A stretch of 64,000 nucleotides of DNA, taken from a virus. A model generated the notes under the pieces. That model searched no databases and was not told the origin of the DNA. It saw only the letters and a list, made by a program, of their open reading frames with translations. A program made the position numbers and the translations under genes. Positions within the stretch are counted from its first letter, which is position 1. The number at the start of each line of letters is the position of its first letter. The DNA lies in IMG/VR virus record IMGVR_UViG_3300045988_139610; one strand, given 5' to 3'. This document shows positions 8,454 to 17,536 of the stretch, piece after piece.

Positions 8454-9713
8454 TTAATTATAACTAACTTCTTTACCTGATTCTCTAATACATTTAAAAA
8501 CTGGAAACCTTAAAGATAATCCTCCTTTATCGTTATAGGTTTCTTCAAAGTATTGTATTTCAGCTATACGATTTAAATATTCTTCTTGATTATTCCAAAT
8601 TTGTTCTCTTTGTTTATCATCAAATCCACTACCTACACCAAGCTGATAACCTTTATAATCACATATGAGATTACCTAATGTACCTTTATATTTACCGTCA
8701 CCCTCTTCAAAACCTATGATTTTTAAATCACAAGAGTTCATTACTTTTAATTTTAATAATGTTTTACTTCTTTTAAATTCATATGATTTGTCAAGATTAA
8801 TCATACATCCTTCAGCACCATTTTGTCTACATTTATTTAAAATTTCTAAAACTTTATCGTTGTCATTACCATGATATAAAATTGGAGTTACTTTTAAAAA
8901 TTCAGTTTCTTTAATGTTCTCTAATACACTTCTTCTGATTGAATAAATATCAGTCTTTTTCTTATTTTCAAATTCGTCTAATGTAATAATATCAAACACC
9001 ATATACTTAACACCTGTTTTAACTTCACTTTTAGTAGATATTATTTTCATAGTGTCTTTATATACACTCTCATAATCACTATTTATTGCTAATAATTCAC
9101 CGTCTAAACAAACATTATTTAAACCTGTTTGTTTTATTGATTTTAATACTTCAATCAATCCTGTTATTTCCTTGTTTTGTCTACTCTTCATAGTTATTTT
9201 TCCATTTTTAATAATTGTAAAGCATCTTTGACCATCAAATTTCTCTGTTACAAATTTATCACCTTTAGGTAATTTATTTAAATCAGCTTTACTGCCAAGC
9301 ATTATTTCAAATGTAAAAATCAATCCAGGTATAACTTTATTAACCGTCTTAGCATCAGCACCTATTTTTAAACTCTTAGTAAGTAATCCTCTCACAAAAT
9401 CCTGTAAATCTTCATCTAATGAATTTATATATCCTTGCACAACACCTATATTTACATCTGTTCCCGAGTTATGTAGACTTAAATAAATAAACATATCTCT
9501 TATATCATCGCAAGTATTTTCATATACTTTTACTTTTTTATTTATTTTCTTTTTACTTAATCCAGTTGTTATATTACTATCTAATAAAAATTTCAGACAT
9601 TCTAAGAATAATTCATTATCCTTATTTTGTTTAATTATTGTTTCTTTACTTTTTTTACCACTTGTATTTGAAATTTTATCAAATATTTCTTTTACCCTTT
9701 TTAATTCATTCAT
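8454..9713 (-). CDS. ATP-dependent DNA ligase
   Basis: adenylation motif I KFDGQR (KxDGxR) at about residue 159; 419 aa; SD AGGAGGAA. Confidence 0.85.
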   Translation of the reverse strand: MNELKRVKEIFDKISNTSGKKSKETIIKQNKDNELFLECLKFLLDSNITTGLSKKKINKKVKVYENTCDDIRDMFIYLSLHNSGTDVNIGVVQGYINSLDEDLQDFVRGLLTKSLKIGADAKTVNKVIPGLIFTFEIMLGSKADLNKLPKGDKFVTEKFDGQRCFTIIKNGKITMKSRQNKEITGLIEVLKSIKQTGLNNVCLDGELLAINSDYESVYKDTMKIISTKSEVKTGVKYMVFDIITLDEFENKKKTDIYSIRRSVLENIKETEFLKVTPILYHGNDNDKVLEILNKCRQNGAEGCMINLDKSYEFKRSKTLLKLKVMNSCDLKIIGFEEGDGKYKGTLGNLICDYKGYQLGVGSGFDDKQREQIWNNQEEYLNRIAEIQYFEETYNDKGGLSLRFPVFKCIRESGKEVSYN

Positions 9714-9727
9714 ATATTAATTCCTCC

Positions 9728-10192
9728 TTAATTATATAAAAAAGAATACTTTACTTTATTGTCACTATATATTCCTATTTTTACAAACTCTCTATAAAAA
9801 TCCTCATCTTTTATATTTTTTATATCCTCTTTCTTATCTAAATCAATAACCCATGAATTATCTCTGTTTCCTCTTTCACATTTCCAATTATTATCTTTCT
9901 CTATATTAATTCCAGTTAGTACAATTTTCTTTTCTTCGTTATTAAGTGAAACATTATAAGTAATATATATTCTATCTCCGTATTTTTTAAATTTTATTTT
10001 TATAATTTTTTCATTTTCTATATTATGATATGCATTTTTTATTAATCTATCAAGGTTATTTGTCAAAACTCTTATACTAGCATATGGGTGTTTAACTGTA
10101 TAAGCTAAGTCTAAAATTAAATCTTCATAAAAATTTCCTTTATAGAATTCTCTATTGATTTTCATATCAAGATATTTATTAATTTTATTCAT
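9728..10192 (-). CDS. hypothetical protein
   Basis: 154-aa ORF with SD AAGGAGG. Confidence 0.7.
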   Translation of the reverse strand: MNKINKYLDMKINREFYKGNFYEDLILDLAYTVKHPYASIRVLTNNLDRLIKNAYHNIENEKIIKIKFKKYGDRIYITYNVSLNNEEKKIVLTGINIEKDNNWKCERGNRDNSWVIDLDKKEDIKNIKDEDFYREFVKIGIYSDNKVKYSFLYN

Positions 10193-10204
10193 ATTTATAC
10201 CTCC

Positions 10205-10279
10205 TTATTTATCACTTAATCTTACATCCAATATAGTTAATATAATAATCACTGCTAACAATATTAATAACCCATTCAT
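10205..10279 (-). CDS. possible 24-aa hydrophobic peptide
   Basis: hand-translated MNGLLILLAVIIILTILDVRLSDK after SD AAGGGGTGA. Confidence 0.3.
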   Translation of the reverse strand: MNGLLILLAVIIILTILDVRLSDK

Positions 10280-10356
10280 ATTATCACCCCTTATTAATCA
10301 TTCATCTATTCTATCTAAAAGTTTTTTCCATTTTTATATTCTTCCCTTTATTAATA

Positions 10357-10384
10357 ATTATATTATAAATATGTTATTTGTCAA
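10357..10384 (-). promoter_or_regulatory. sigma-A-type promoter (TTGACA-16-TATAAT)
   Basis: minus strand TTGACAAATAACATATTTATAATATAAT; the -35 overlaps the last codons of 10374..10619. Confidence 0.5.
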
Positions 10385-10619
10385 TACTTTTATTAATTAT
10401 TTTTATTTTATCTACTAAACAACTCAATTCATCCCAATTATGTAAATAAAACACATAATCATTTACATATACTTCAATTATTCCTTTTGAGAAAAAACTT
10501 CTCTCTCTAAAAATTATTCTTACTCTTAGTTGTTCATTTGCGAATATAGATATAAAATAGTTATCTTCAACTAATTTTAAATTTAGTTCTTTTTTCAGAT
10601 ATTCTATTTCTTTAATCAT
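10374..10619 (-). CDS. hypothetical protein
   Basis: 81-aa ORF, tightly packed behind 10623..11093. Confidence 0.6.
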   Translation of the reverse strand: MIKEIEYLKKELNLKLVEDNYFISIFANEQLRVRIIFRERSFFSKGIIEVYVNDYVFYLHNWDELSCLVDKIKIINKSIDK

Positions 10620-10622
10620 AAT

Positions 10623-11093
10623 TTAACACCACACCCTATGTTTCTCATGTATTTCTTCTAGCCCATCATAATCACTTATCTCCCATTCAACATCTTCTGG
10701 TATTTCTACTATTTTTAATGAGGCACAACGACCACTAGCTTTTTTACTTCCCATTTCTTCAAACAATTTTATTAAGTCTTTGTCATCTCTATCATATAAT
10801 TCATCACTTAGAAATGTACAATTCATTAACTCCTCGGGATTTTTACCTTGATATTCATATGTAACATAAATCATGTTCCAACTAGGGTTTTGATTCTCTA
10901 CAATTAAATCTCCATTTTCTTTAAATTTAAAATCTTGTATAAATTTAAAGGTATCATTGCAATCTTCGTCATACCCTCCACTATAGAAATATAATTTGTC
11001 GCATTCTCTATTTTTTATTTTACATAATTTTATTTTAAATTTATCTGATAGAGTATATCCTCCGAAACATCTATTTATTAATATTTTTCTCAT
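10623..11093 (-). CDS. hypothetical protein
   Basis: 156-aa ORF with SD AAGGAGGAA. Confidence 0.7.
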   Translation of the reverse strand: MRKILINRCFGGYTLSDKFKIKLCKIKNRECDKLYFYSGGYDEDCNDTFKFIQDFKFKENGDLIVENQNPSWNMIYVTYEYQGKNPEELMNCTFLSDELYDRDDKDLIKLFEEMGSKKASGRCASLKIVEIPEDVEWEISDYDGLEEIHEKHRVWC

Positions 11094-11193
11094 AATTATT
11101 CCTCCTTATAAATTAATTTTTTTATTTTTATAATAATTTACTTTTATTTTATTATTAGCATTTATATCAATAATTAAAACAAAATCACTTAGC

Positions 11194-11646
11194 TTAATCA
11201 TAATTTAACACTGAATCCTCCTTTGGTAATTCGCAATAATTCCATTTTTCAATGTCATTTTTCCCATTTTTAGACCATGATGTTCTACCAGTAAAATATG
11301 TATAAAAATTTCCATTTTCATATTTAAAAAAATGTCTCTTATACCATATTAATTGATTATCACTTACCCAAACTTTTGTATCTACGAGTACTTTGTCCCA
11401 ATCTGTTTCAATTCTTTCATATATGATTTTGCCATCAGCATCAATAACTTTCATTATATCTAATCCATAGTTAACAGCTTTATATCTCATATTTGATAAA
11501 TATAAATCTTTCATTCCTTCTAAGCTATAATCAAATTTTAACTGTCTCGCACTTTCTTTATGATATACTCCATTATCAATTATATATTTTTTCTCATTAT
11601 TTTTAAGTACTAAACACATACCATTTTTTAAATCATTTATATTCAT
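11194..11646 (-). CDS. hypothetical protein
   Basis: start moved to the ATG (MNINDLKNG…) 8 nt after AAGGAGG; the track start 11688 has no SD. Confidence 0.65.
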   Translation of the reverse strand: MNINDLKNGMCLVLKNNEKKYIIDNGVYHKESARQLKFDYSLEGMKDLYLSNMRYKAVNYGLDIMKVIDADGKIIYERIETDWDKVLVDTKVWVSDNQLIWYKRHFFKYENGNFYTYFTGRTSWSKNGKNDIEKWNYCELPKEDSVLNYD

Positions 11647-11711
11647 ATTATATTCCTCCTTTATTAATTTATACTTATATATTAACATAAACTAATTAAA
11701 AATAACCCTTA

Positions 11712-12206
11712 TTAATTATTTTTATCATCTAACAAATTAACTTCTTCAATATCATAATACTCGCAATCAGCACAACATGGAGATTCGCAACTTAATAAGC
11801 TATTCAATTCAGAAAGTTCAGATGGGTCTAAACTTTCTTTTCCATGAAGTTTACATTTATGAATTGTAAATTCAACTGAAGGTGTATTACTTTGTTGTAA
11901 AACACATATTCTTAAAAGAGTATAAACATCTATTATACCTTCATTACCTTCTGTAGTCATAGCTTGTATAATCTTATTTTTGTAATAATACGATATTGAT
12001 ATATTATAATTTCCATCTATTTTAGCTAATAATGTGAAATGTTTAGCATCTCCTATATTCGTATCTATATATTCGTATAAATCTTTAGATGTTAATTTTA
12101 TTGTCACCTCCAATACATTAAGTCCTTTTAATTTTTCAACCTTTTCCTCTACCTCGCTTATTATTAATTCTTCCAATTTATTTGCGAATAACTCATTTTT
12201 GTTCAT
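11712..12206 (-). CDS. hypothetical protein with C-terminal Cys cluster
   Basis: 164-aa ORF with SD AAGGGGG; CESPCCADCEYYD. Confidence 0.7.
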   Translation of the reverse strand: MNKNELFANKLEELIISEVEEKVEKLKGLNVLEVTIKLTSKDLYEYIDTNIGDAKHFTLLAKIDGNYNISISYYYKNKIIQAMTTEGNEGIIDVYTLLRICVLQQSNTPSVEFTIHKCKLHGKESLDPSELSELNSLLSCESPCCADCEYYDIEEVNLLDDKNN

Positions 12207-12230
12207 ATTATCTACCCCCTTATATTAATA

Positions 12231-12260
12231 ATTATACTATTTTTTTATTTATATTGTCAA
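12231..12260 (-). promoter_or_regulatory. sigma-A-type promoter (TTGACA-18-TATAAT)
   Basis: minus strand TTGACAATATAAATAAAAAAATAGTATAAT, 15-mer immediately upstream. Confidence 0.55.
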
Positions 12261-12355
12261 TACTTTTTATTAATTATTTTTATTAACTTTTCTTAATTTT
12301 TAACAATTAATTAGTGTGCTGTATGCACCTCCTCTATAGAAATGTATTTAATCCT

Positions 12356-12640
12356 TTAATTTTCTTCTATATCTATGTCAGTTATTGTTTTAAATATGTC
12401 TTTATTGAAGTTAGGTAATGAAGTAAATGCATTTTTTTCTTTATCATTTATATAATTCCACATATTTCTCCATGCCTCTTTATAATTTAATTCTTTTAAA
12501 TAACCTCTAGCAATTTTATAATTGGGATGTTTTTCTTTTTCTTCATCTGTCATTTCATATTCATTAACCCATAGAGTTAATTTAAAATAGTTATTTATTA
12601 TTTCAAATACACAACTTTTTTCCATGTGTCTAATGTCCAA
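12356..12640 (-). CDS. C-terminal part of a frame-split repeat protein (…MTDEEKEKHP…LPNFNKDIF…)
   Basis: no SD of its own; the frame joins 12598..13185 through a -1 shift at the A6 tract (T-run 12616-12621 on +). Confidence 0.6.
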   Translation of the reverse strand: MDIRHMEKSCVFEIINNYFKLTLWVNEYEMTDEEKEKHPNYKIARGYLKELNYKEAWRNMWNYINDKEKNAFTSLPNFNKDIFKTITDIDIEEN

Positions 12641-13185
12641 TCACTTTCTTTATTAAATAGTTTAATCGTTTCATGTTTATCATTATCGTCAGTGCAAAAG
12701 CATCCTAATTTTTTATTGCCTAAATTACAGTCTCCAATGTTATAATTACCTTTATTATAATTACCACTATTCCAATTTCCAGTATTCCAATCTCCAGTAT
12801 TCCAATCTCCAGGATTATAATCTCCAGTATTATAATTTCCAGTATTATAACTACCTGTGTTTTTAATACCTGTGTTACCTTCACCAGTATTAACCATATC
12901 TAATACTTCATGCCAGCTTAATTCTTTTATTATTTTTATTTCATTTGTTACACATTTATTATTTGAACAATCACTTTTTTCTATAATTTCACCAGTAGCT
13001 TCTATTATAGCTACTTTGTTTTCTGGGTCAAAAGTGTAATAATTAAAACAATCAACTAGCTTTTTACAAAAATGAAATCCTGCTTCACATATATCTATTT
13101 TCCCTTCATGTCTATATGTTTCTCCTACCTTATATTGAAAACCTCTGCAAGTCCAATCTGAATTAAATACTTTATATCCTTTCAT
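12598..13185 (-). CDS. repeat protein (N-terminal GFHFC domain plus NTGxxN hexapeptide-type repeats), N-terminal part of a frame-split gene
   Basis: YKVFNSDWTCRGFQY…AGFHFC domain shared with the C-terminus of 17793..18524; run of NTG(D/N)(Y/W)N repeats. Confidence 0.75.
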   Translation of the reverse strand: MKGYKVFNSDWTCRGFQYKVGETYRHEGKIDICEAGFHFCKKLVDCFNYYTFDPENKVAIIEATGEIIEKSDCSNNKCVTNEIKIIKELSWHEVLDMVNTGEGNTGIKNTGSYNTGNYNTGDYNPGDWNTGDWNTGNWNSGNYNKGNYNIGDCNLGNKKLGCFCTDDNDKHETIKLFNKESDWTLDTWKKVVYLK

Positions 13186-13203
13186 ATCTTTCTCTCCTTT
13201 TCA

Positions 13204-13272
13204 TTAATAATTTTCTTGCTCTATCCATTCTTTTTCTTCTTTATCCCATACCCTAAACTTTAAGTTTTTCAT
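13204..13272 (-). pseudogene. 22-codon remnant resembling the N-terminus of YopX-family proteins (MKNLKFRVWDKEEKEW…)
   Basis: hand-translated; strong SD AAGGAGGGTGG; KFRxWD is the usual YopX start; stops after 22 codons. Confidence 0.3.
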
Positions 13273-13285
13273 ATTACCACCCTCC

Positions 13286-13330
13286 TTATATTACTATATT
13301 AACATTAGCGTCATAAAAATTACCTATGAT
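13286..13330 (-). promoter_or_regulatory. class-2 promoter-like two-box motif, copy c
   Basis: minus strand CATAGGTAATTTTTATGACGCTAATGTTAATATAGTAATATAAGGAGG, nearly identical over ~50 nt to copy h at 48944-48995. Confidence 0.6.
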
Positions 13331-13360
13331 TATTATTTTATATTATTTTCATCCTCCTTT

Positions 13361-13388
13361 AAAAAATTAGAGGGAAATTAATCCCTCT
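13361..13388 (-). terminator. rho-independent terminator after the ParR-like gene
   Basis: minus strand AGAGGGATTAATTTCCCTCT followed by AATTTTTT. Confidence 0.7.
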
Positions 13389-13637
13389 TTATAAATTTAG
13401 GTCATCTAATGAAAAGTCAAATTCATCTTGTTTCCTTTCTTCTACCTTTACAGTTTCACGTGAAACGTCTGTTATTACTGTCGCTCCATTAGCTAAATAG
13501 CTTTGTTCAATCTGCATGTGTAATCTTAACAAATCTTTTATATATCCCGTTTTGCTAGTTTTCCCATTTAAAAATTCTATAATATCTTTATCTTTTTCAT
13601 TGAAGGTCAATCTAACCTCTTTAATAGTCTTCTTCAT
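13389..13637 (-). CDS. ParR-like / ribbon-helix-helix partition adaptor (82 aa)
   Basis: small ORF directly downstream of the actin-like ATPase; N-terminal KEVRLTFNEKDKDIIEFL fits an RHH beta-strand/helix; positional inference. Confidence 0.5.
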   Translation of the reverse strand: MKKTIKEVRLTFNEKDKDIIEFLNGKTSKTGYIKDLLRLHMQIEQSYLANGATVITDVSRETVKVEERKQDEFDFSLDDLNL

Positions 13638-13645
13638 AATATCAC

Positions 13646-14560
13646 CTACTTATATATTTTATTAGCTATATTTAATAAACCTTGTGCTTGTAAAGTTATA
13701 TCTTCAGATGATATTGTTTGTTGATATATCTTTTTCATTGTAGGTGATATAATTTTAGCTCCACCACCAATAATGAGAATATTTGAATTCTTGATGTTAT
13801 TTGCTTGCCCTTTTATTTCATTTACTAAATTAACTATAAATTTCTTAACTAACTCTTCTTTGTATTTGAAATCACCTACTAATAAAGATTCTTCATTATC
13901 AAATATTCTTTTTGTTTGTTCTAATGATAATGATAAATCATATGTTAAGTTAAGATATTCTCTACAAGAATTGTATAAATCAAACAATCCTAATCTTATA
14001 CTAAATCCATCTTTTAATTGCATTTTATTATCGTAGATTGTAATATCGCATGTATTCCCACCTATATCCACAACCATCGTGTCTACATTTTTATTTAATT
14101 TATTCATTATACCTTGTATAGATTTGATTGAATAAGACTCTGGAAGTATTGTAACATTCTCAATTACTATGCTTCTTTTAATCCCATTTATAATTATAGT
14201 CTTTTTATTATTCTTTTTAATATAATCTTCCATTTTATCTTTCTTTTTATATTGATTAACAGGACAACAAGTTACCAAATTGATATTGTTTTCCGTATCT
14301 TTTGTAGCATTTGCTATACAATAATAAAGTAATATTAAATAATTGTCTTTTTTATATTTTAAAAGTTCATTTTCATACTTTCCTTCACCAATTAAATAAC
14401 CCTCATCATCTATAGTGAATTTTTGATTTTGTGAAAAGTCATCTAAACCATTTTCGCATTGTTTAATTCTCGATTCACAAATACAACTCCCATTATTAGA
14501 TATAGCTATTGATGTTAAATTACCGATGTCTACTCCTATATTGATAATATTTTTACTCAT
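13646..14560 (-). CDS. ParM/Alp-type actin-like segregation ATPase
   Basis: GVDIGN (phosphate 1), VVDIGGNTCDI (phosphate 2), ILIIGGGAKI (adenosine) motifs; start moved to ATG (MSKNII…) after GGAGAGTG. Confidence 0.8.
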   Translation of the reverse strand: MSKNIINIGVDIGNLTSIAISNNGSCICESRIKQCENGLDDFSQNQKFTIDDEGYLIGEGKYENELLKYKKDNYLILLYYCIANATKDTENNINLVTCCPVNQYKKKDKMEDYIKKNNKKTIIINGIKRSIVIENVTILPESYSIKSIQGIMNKLNKNVDTMVVDIGGNTCDITIYDNKMQLKDGFSIRLGLFDLYNSCREYLNLTYDLSLSLEQTKRIFDNEESLLVGDFKYKEELVKKFIVNLVNEIKGQANNIKNSNILIIGGGAKIISPTMKKIYQQTISSEDITLQAQGLLNIANKIYK

Positions 14561-14845
14561 AATATCACTCTCCAAAATATTGATTATTATACACCTCTAC
14601 CCTATAGGTTATATAATAAAAAATACGACATAAATTAATAATGATTTTCAATTAATACATTACAATAATTTTATATCGTATTTACCTCCTTTACTTTAAT
14701 ATATGCTCTAATTACAAAAATGTTGACTATATATTCATATATTTTGTAAAAATATTTATCACAATCTCTTTCCCTGTTCTCTCTAGGATGTCCAAAATCC
14801 TTGTTAAATGCCATTCTAAGGGTTCTGCATTAGTTAAAGGAGTAA

Positions 14846-15520
14846 TTAATCCTCAAACATATTGATTTGAATACTTGGTTTGTAATCATTACAAATATCA
14901 ATTAATAATTTCACGTTATTTCTGGAATAATTTAAATCTTCCCATTTGGATACTCCGACCTCATAGAAAAACATTTCTTTTATAATATTATAATCTTTAT
15001 TAACTTTACTAATACCTAAATGTTCTTTAATTATTTTACCGTAATCAAATACATCTTTTGCTCTTATACCAACTAAATGTTTTATTTCTTCTATTTGTTT
15101 ATCTTGTTCCTCAATCTTATATTTCATATCTTCAACTAATTGATTCATATCGTTTAATAATTCTGGAAACTCATTAAAATCTTGTATTTCATATTTACCT
15201 GTTTTTCTTATTTGTGGTAATACTTCATCCATAACCCACTCTTCAAATTTTTGTGCTGAAGGTAATTTACTACCTATTATTAATCTGTATAAATCACCTT
15301 CATTGATTAAAGTTGTTTGAGTTTTAACCACCTTGCCATTTTGGCAATGTGATATCATTTCTTTTCTTTTATGTTTACACTTTTTAGATATAGTAGCACT
15401 TGGGTCTGAATATCCTAAAATCGACGCTATATCTTTACCTACAAACCAAGGTTCATTACTTATATTTATCACTCTTATTTTCCCAAATTCATCATTGTTA
15501 AATAACATTAATTCGTTCAT
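14846..15520 (-). CDS. Bro-N domain antirepressor
   Basis: FNNDEFGKIRVI…EPWFVGKDIASILGY is the classic BRO-N signature. Confidence 0.8.
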   Translation of the reverse strand: MNELMLFNNDEFGKIRVINISNEPWFVGKDIASILGYSDPSATISKKCKHKRKEMISHCQNGKVVKTQTTLINEGDLYRLIIGSKLPSAQKFEEWVMDEVLPQIRKTGKYEIQDFNEFPELLNDMNQLVEDMKYKIEEQDKQIEEIKHLVGIRAKDVFDYGKIIKEHLGISKVNKDYNIIKEMFFYEVGVSKWEDLNYSRNNVKLLIDICNDYKPSIQINMFED

Positions 15521-15626
15521 AATATCTCCTCCTATTTTATTAATTATTTTTACTTAAACTTTCTAAATCTCCATAAAATTCCATCATATCATCCTCTCAA
15601 ACCTAGTAATATCAATTGTTCGTATA

Positions 15627-15689
15627 AAAGTGTACCCGCTTTGCATGAAAGTGTACCTGCTTTACATAAAAGTGTACCCTAATAAATAG
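15627..15689. repeat. three tandem 21-bp repeats AAAGTGTACC(C/T)GCTTT(G/A)CAT…
   Basis: units start at 15627, 15648 and 15669 (exact 21-bp phase); flanked by the TTGATATTACTAG 13-mer at 15603-15615 (-). Confidence 0.7.
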
Positions 15690-15720
15690 ATAAATATATA
15701 AATAGATAAAAAAATAAATA

Positions 15721-16587
15721 TTAATCTCTTTTTTCTCTTTCTTCTTTTTCTCTTCTTCTTTCTATATATTCTTCATACGATATAAGTCGAATGTAAGTTA
15801 CAGAAGTATAAACTATCTTCCCATTTTTATTTTGTATTTTTTCTGTTTTCGTATATTTTTCAATTAAATCAATATCCCTTAATAAATCAAGAGTTTTATT
15901 AAGTTCTTTTTTATTTTTCCCACTATCTGAATTCAATCCAATATTATTGTTTATGCTTTCTTTTATTATTCTTGTAAAAGTTTTAGTGTTGCATCTATAT
16001 TTCAACAACATATAAACTTTTATAGTTGACGATTTTAAATCATTAAGTAATGTTTTTAATATTTCTTCTTCTATAGTAACATATTTACGTCCGTCTTTAT
16101 TCTTATAATTAATTATATATGTAGTTTTTCCATTTATAATTTTCGCAACAACTAAGCTACTTTCTAATTTGGCTAATTTCTTTATATTCCTTTTAACAGT
16201 GTCAAATTTATTTTTACTATACTCTTCAATTTTAGATTGGTTAAGTATTAAATCATCTTCTGTGATATATCTATGGTCTTCACCTTTAGTATATTTACTA
16301 AATAAGGTCATCAAACCATATGTGTTATAATCGCATTTCTTATCCTTCATGTTCTTTTCATCTGTACTTATTGGGAATCTAATAATATTGTCTTTAGACA
16401 TACCGATAGCAACTGTGTCTTTATCTATTATTAAATCTTTTATATCATCGTCTACACCAATCATTTCACCTATTAAATCATAATCTAATTCTCTTTGAGA
16501 TTCAGTATCATCTATATCTGGAATCTCATTAAACTGATTTCCTATTAAATCATAATTTAATTGTTTTTGATAATCTAATTCTTCCAA
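15721..16587 (-). CDS. hypothetical protein (acidic repeats LxYDLIG; possible winged-helix C-terminus)
   Basis: AGGAGGTG 5 nt upstream of TTG at 16587; the track ATG at 16617 lacks an SD and overlaps the upstream gene. Confidence 0.6.
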   Translation of the reverse strand: MEELDYQKQLNYDLIGNQFNEIPDIDDTESQRELDYDLIGEMIGVDDDIKDLIIDKDTVAIGMSKDNIIRFPISTDEKNMKDKKCDYNTYGLMTLFSKYTKGEDHRYITEDDLILNQSKIEEYSKNKFDTVKRNIKKLAKLESSLVVAKIINGKTTYIINYKNKDGRKYVTIEEEILKTLLNDLKSSTIKVYMLLKYRCNTKTFTRIIKESINNNIGLNSDSGKNKKELNKTLDLLRDIDLIEKYTKTEKIQNKNGKIVYTSVTYIRLISYEEYIERRREKEEREKRD

Positions 16588-16600
16588 GTTATCACCTCCT

Positions 16601-17008
16601 TTACCACCATAACGCATATTTTATTAAATCATATATTTTCCATATAGATTCTATTTTATCTATCACTTCTTGTTCTTTTCTCTTTTTATCAAAAGGTTCT
16701 AATGTTAGTTCTAATCTTAATCCCTCAAGAATTTTATTTATACATTCTTCTTGTGTTAATTCTTCCTCATTATATTTAAATGTGTGGAAACTTAAATTTA
16801 CTATTCCTTTAGTTATTTCTTTATATTTGCATAAACGTTCATATAATAATAAATTCATAGTAAAATTTAAATCCCATGTTTCTCTTTCATCAAAACCATC
16901 TTCATATATTTCCTCTGTCCAATATTTTTCTCTTGAATCACCTTTATTCCATCCCCACGGAGTTTCTTTTAATTCTATTCCTATTTCTTTAAGATATCTT
17001 CTGCCCAT
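16601..17008 (-). CDS. hypothetical protein
   Basis: 135-aa ORF with SD AGGAGGTA. Confidence 0.7.
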   Translation of the reverse strand: MGRRYLKEIGIELKETPWGWNKGDSREKYWTEEIYEDGFDERETWDLNFTMNLLLYERLCKYKEITKGIVNLSFHTFKYNEEELTQEECINKILEGLRLELTLEPFDKKRKEQEVIDKIESIWKIYDLIKYALWW

Positions 17009-17115
17009 TTTTTATACCTCCTAATAAAAATTTCATTTTATTTGACTTTATCTCTTTTAAAAATTATAAAATTTTACCTCTTTGTTTAATAGTATTAAGT
17101 TATTGCTTTTTTGTC

Positions 17116-17295
17116 TCAAGATAGTCTCTTTCCCTTATAGTTTATAGCTACATTTAAATAATCTAATGTTGTTTCTAAACATACATATTCTTCATAGTCT
17201 GGATTTATATCATTTTTCACTTTTTCAATAATATCATATGCTTTTCTTAATTCTTCTCTTTTATCTTCTTTTAACAAAATATAATTTTCATTCAT
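17116..17295 (-). CDS. small hypothetical protein (59 aa)
   Basis: hand-translated MNENYILLKEDKREELRKAYD…; SD AAGGGGTGG; one codon below the ORF-track cutoff. Confidence 0.5.
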   Translation of the reverse strand: MNENYILLKEDKREELRKAYDIIEKVKNDINPDYEEYVCLETTLDYLNVAINYKGKRLS

Positions 17296-17322
17296 GTCTT
17301 ACCACCCCTTTATTAATTATTT

Positions 17323-17508
17323 TCACATATCTGACTTTTCCATAAGTTGTTTAAAATCCTCAAATTCATCGAGTATTTTATTTATATCTTTATTTAATTC
17401 ACAATCATTACAGGAATGATTGCATATACTTTGACTATCACATATTGTTGCTATGACTAATTCTTTTATTTCTTCTAATTTATCTAACATTTCTTCTATA
17501 TACATCAT
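17323..17508 (-). CDS. small Cys-containing protein (61 aa)
   Basis: ORF-track ORF with SD AAAGGAGAA; CDSQSICNHSCNDC. Confidence 0.6.
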   Translation of the reverse strand: MMYIEEMLDKLEEIKELVIATICDSQSICNHSCNDCELNKDINKILDEFEDFKQLMEKSDM

Positions 17509-17536
17509 ATTATTATTCTCCTTTTATTAATTATTT

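Noticed and set aside
10155-10418. 87-aa + strand ORF spanning an intergenic region of the left arm
   Set aside because: It crosses a - strand promoter, an SD and the 24-aa peptide ORF. It has no SD and a compositionally random I/L/N/F sequence.
14676-14814. 46-codon - strand ORF (MAFNKDFGHPRENRE…) in the gap between the Bro-N and ParM-like genes
   Set aside because: There is no SD upstream of the ATG (CCCTTAGA). It runs through the inverted repeat and promoter-like sequences, so I treat the gap as regulatory.
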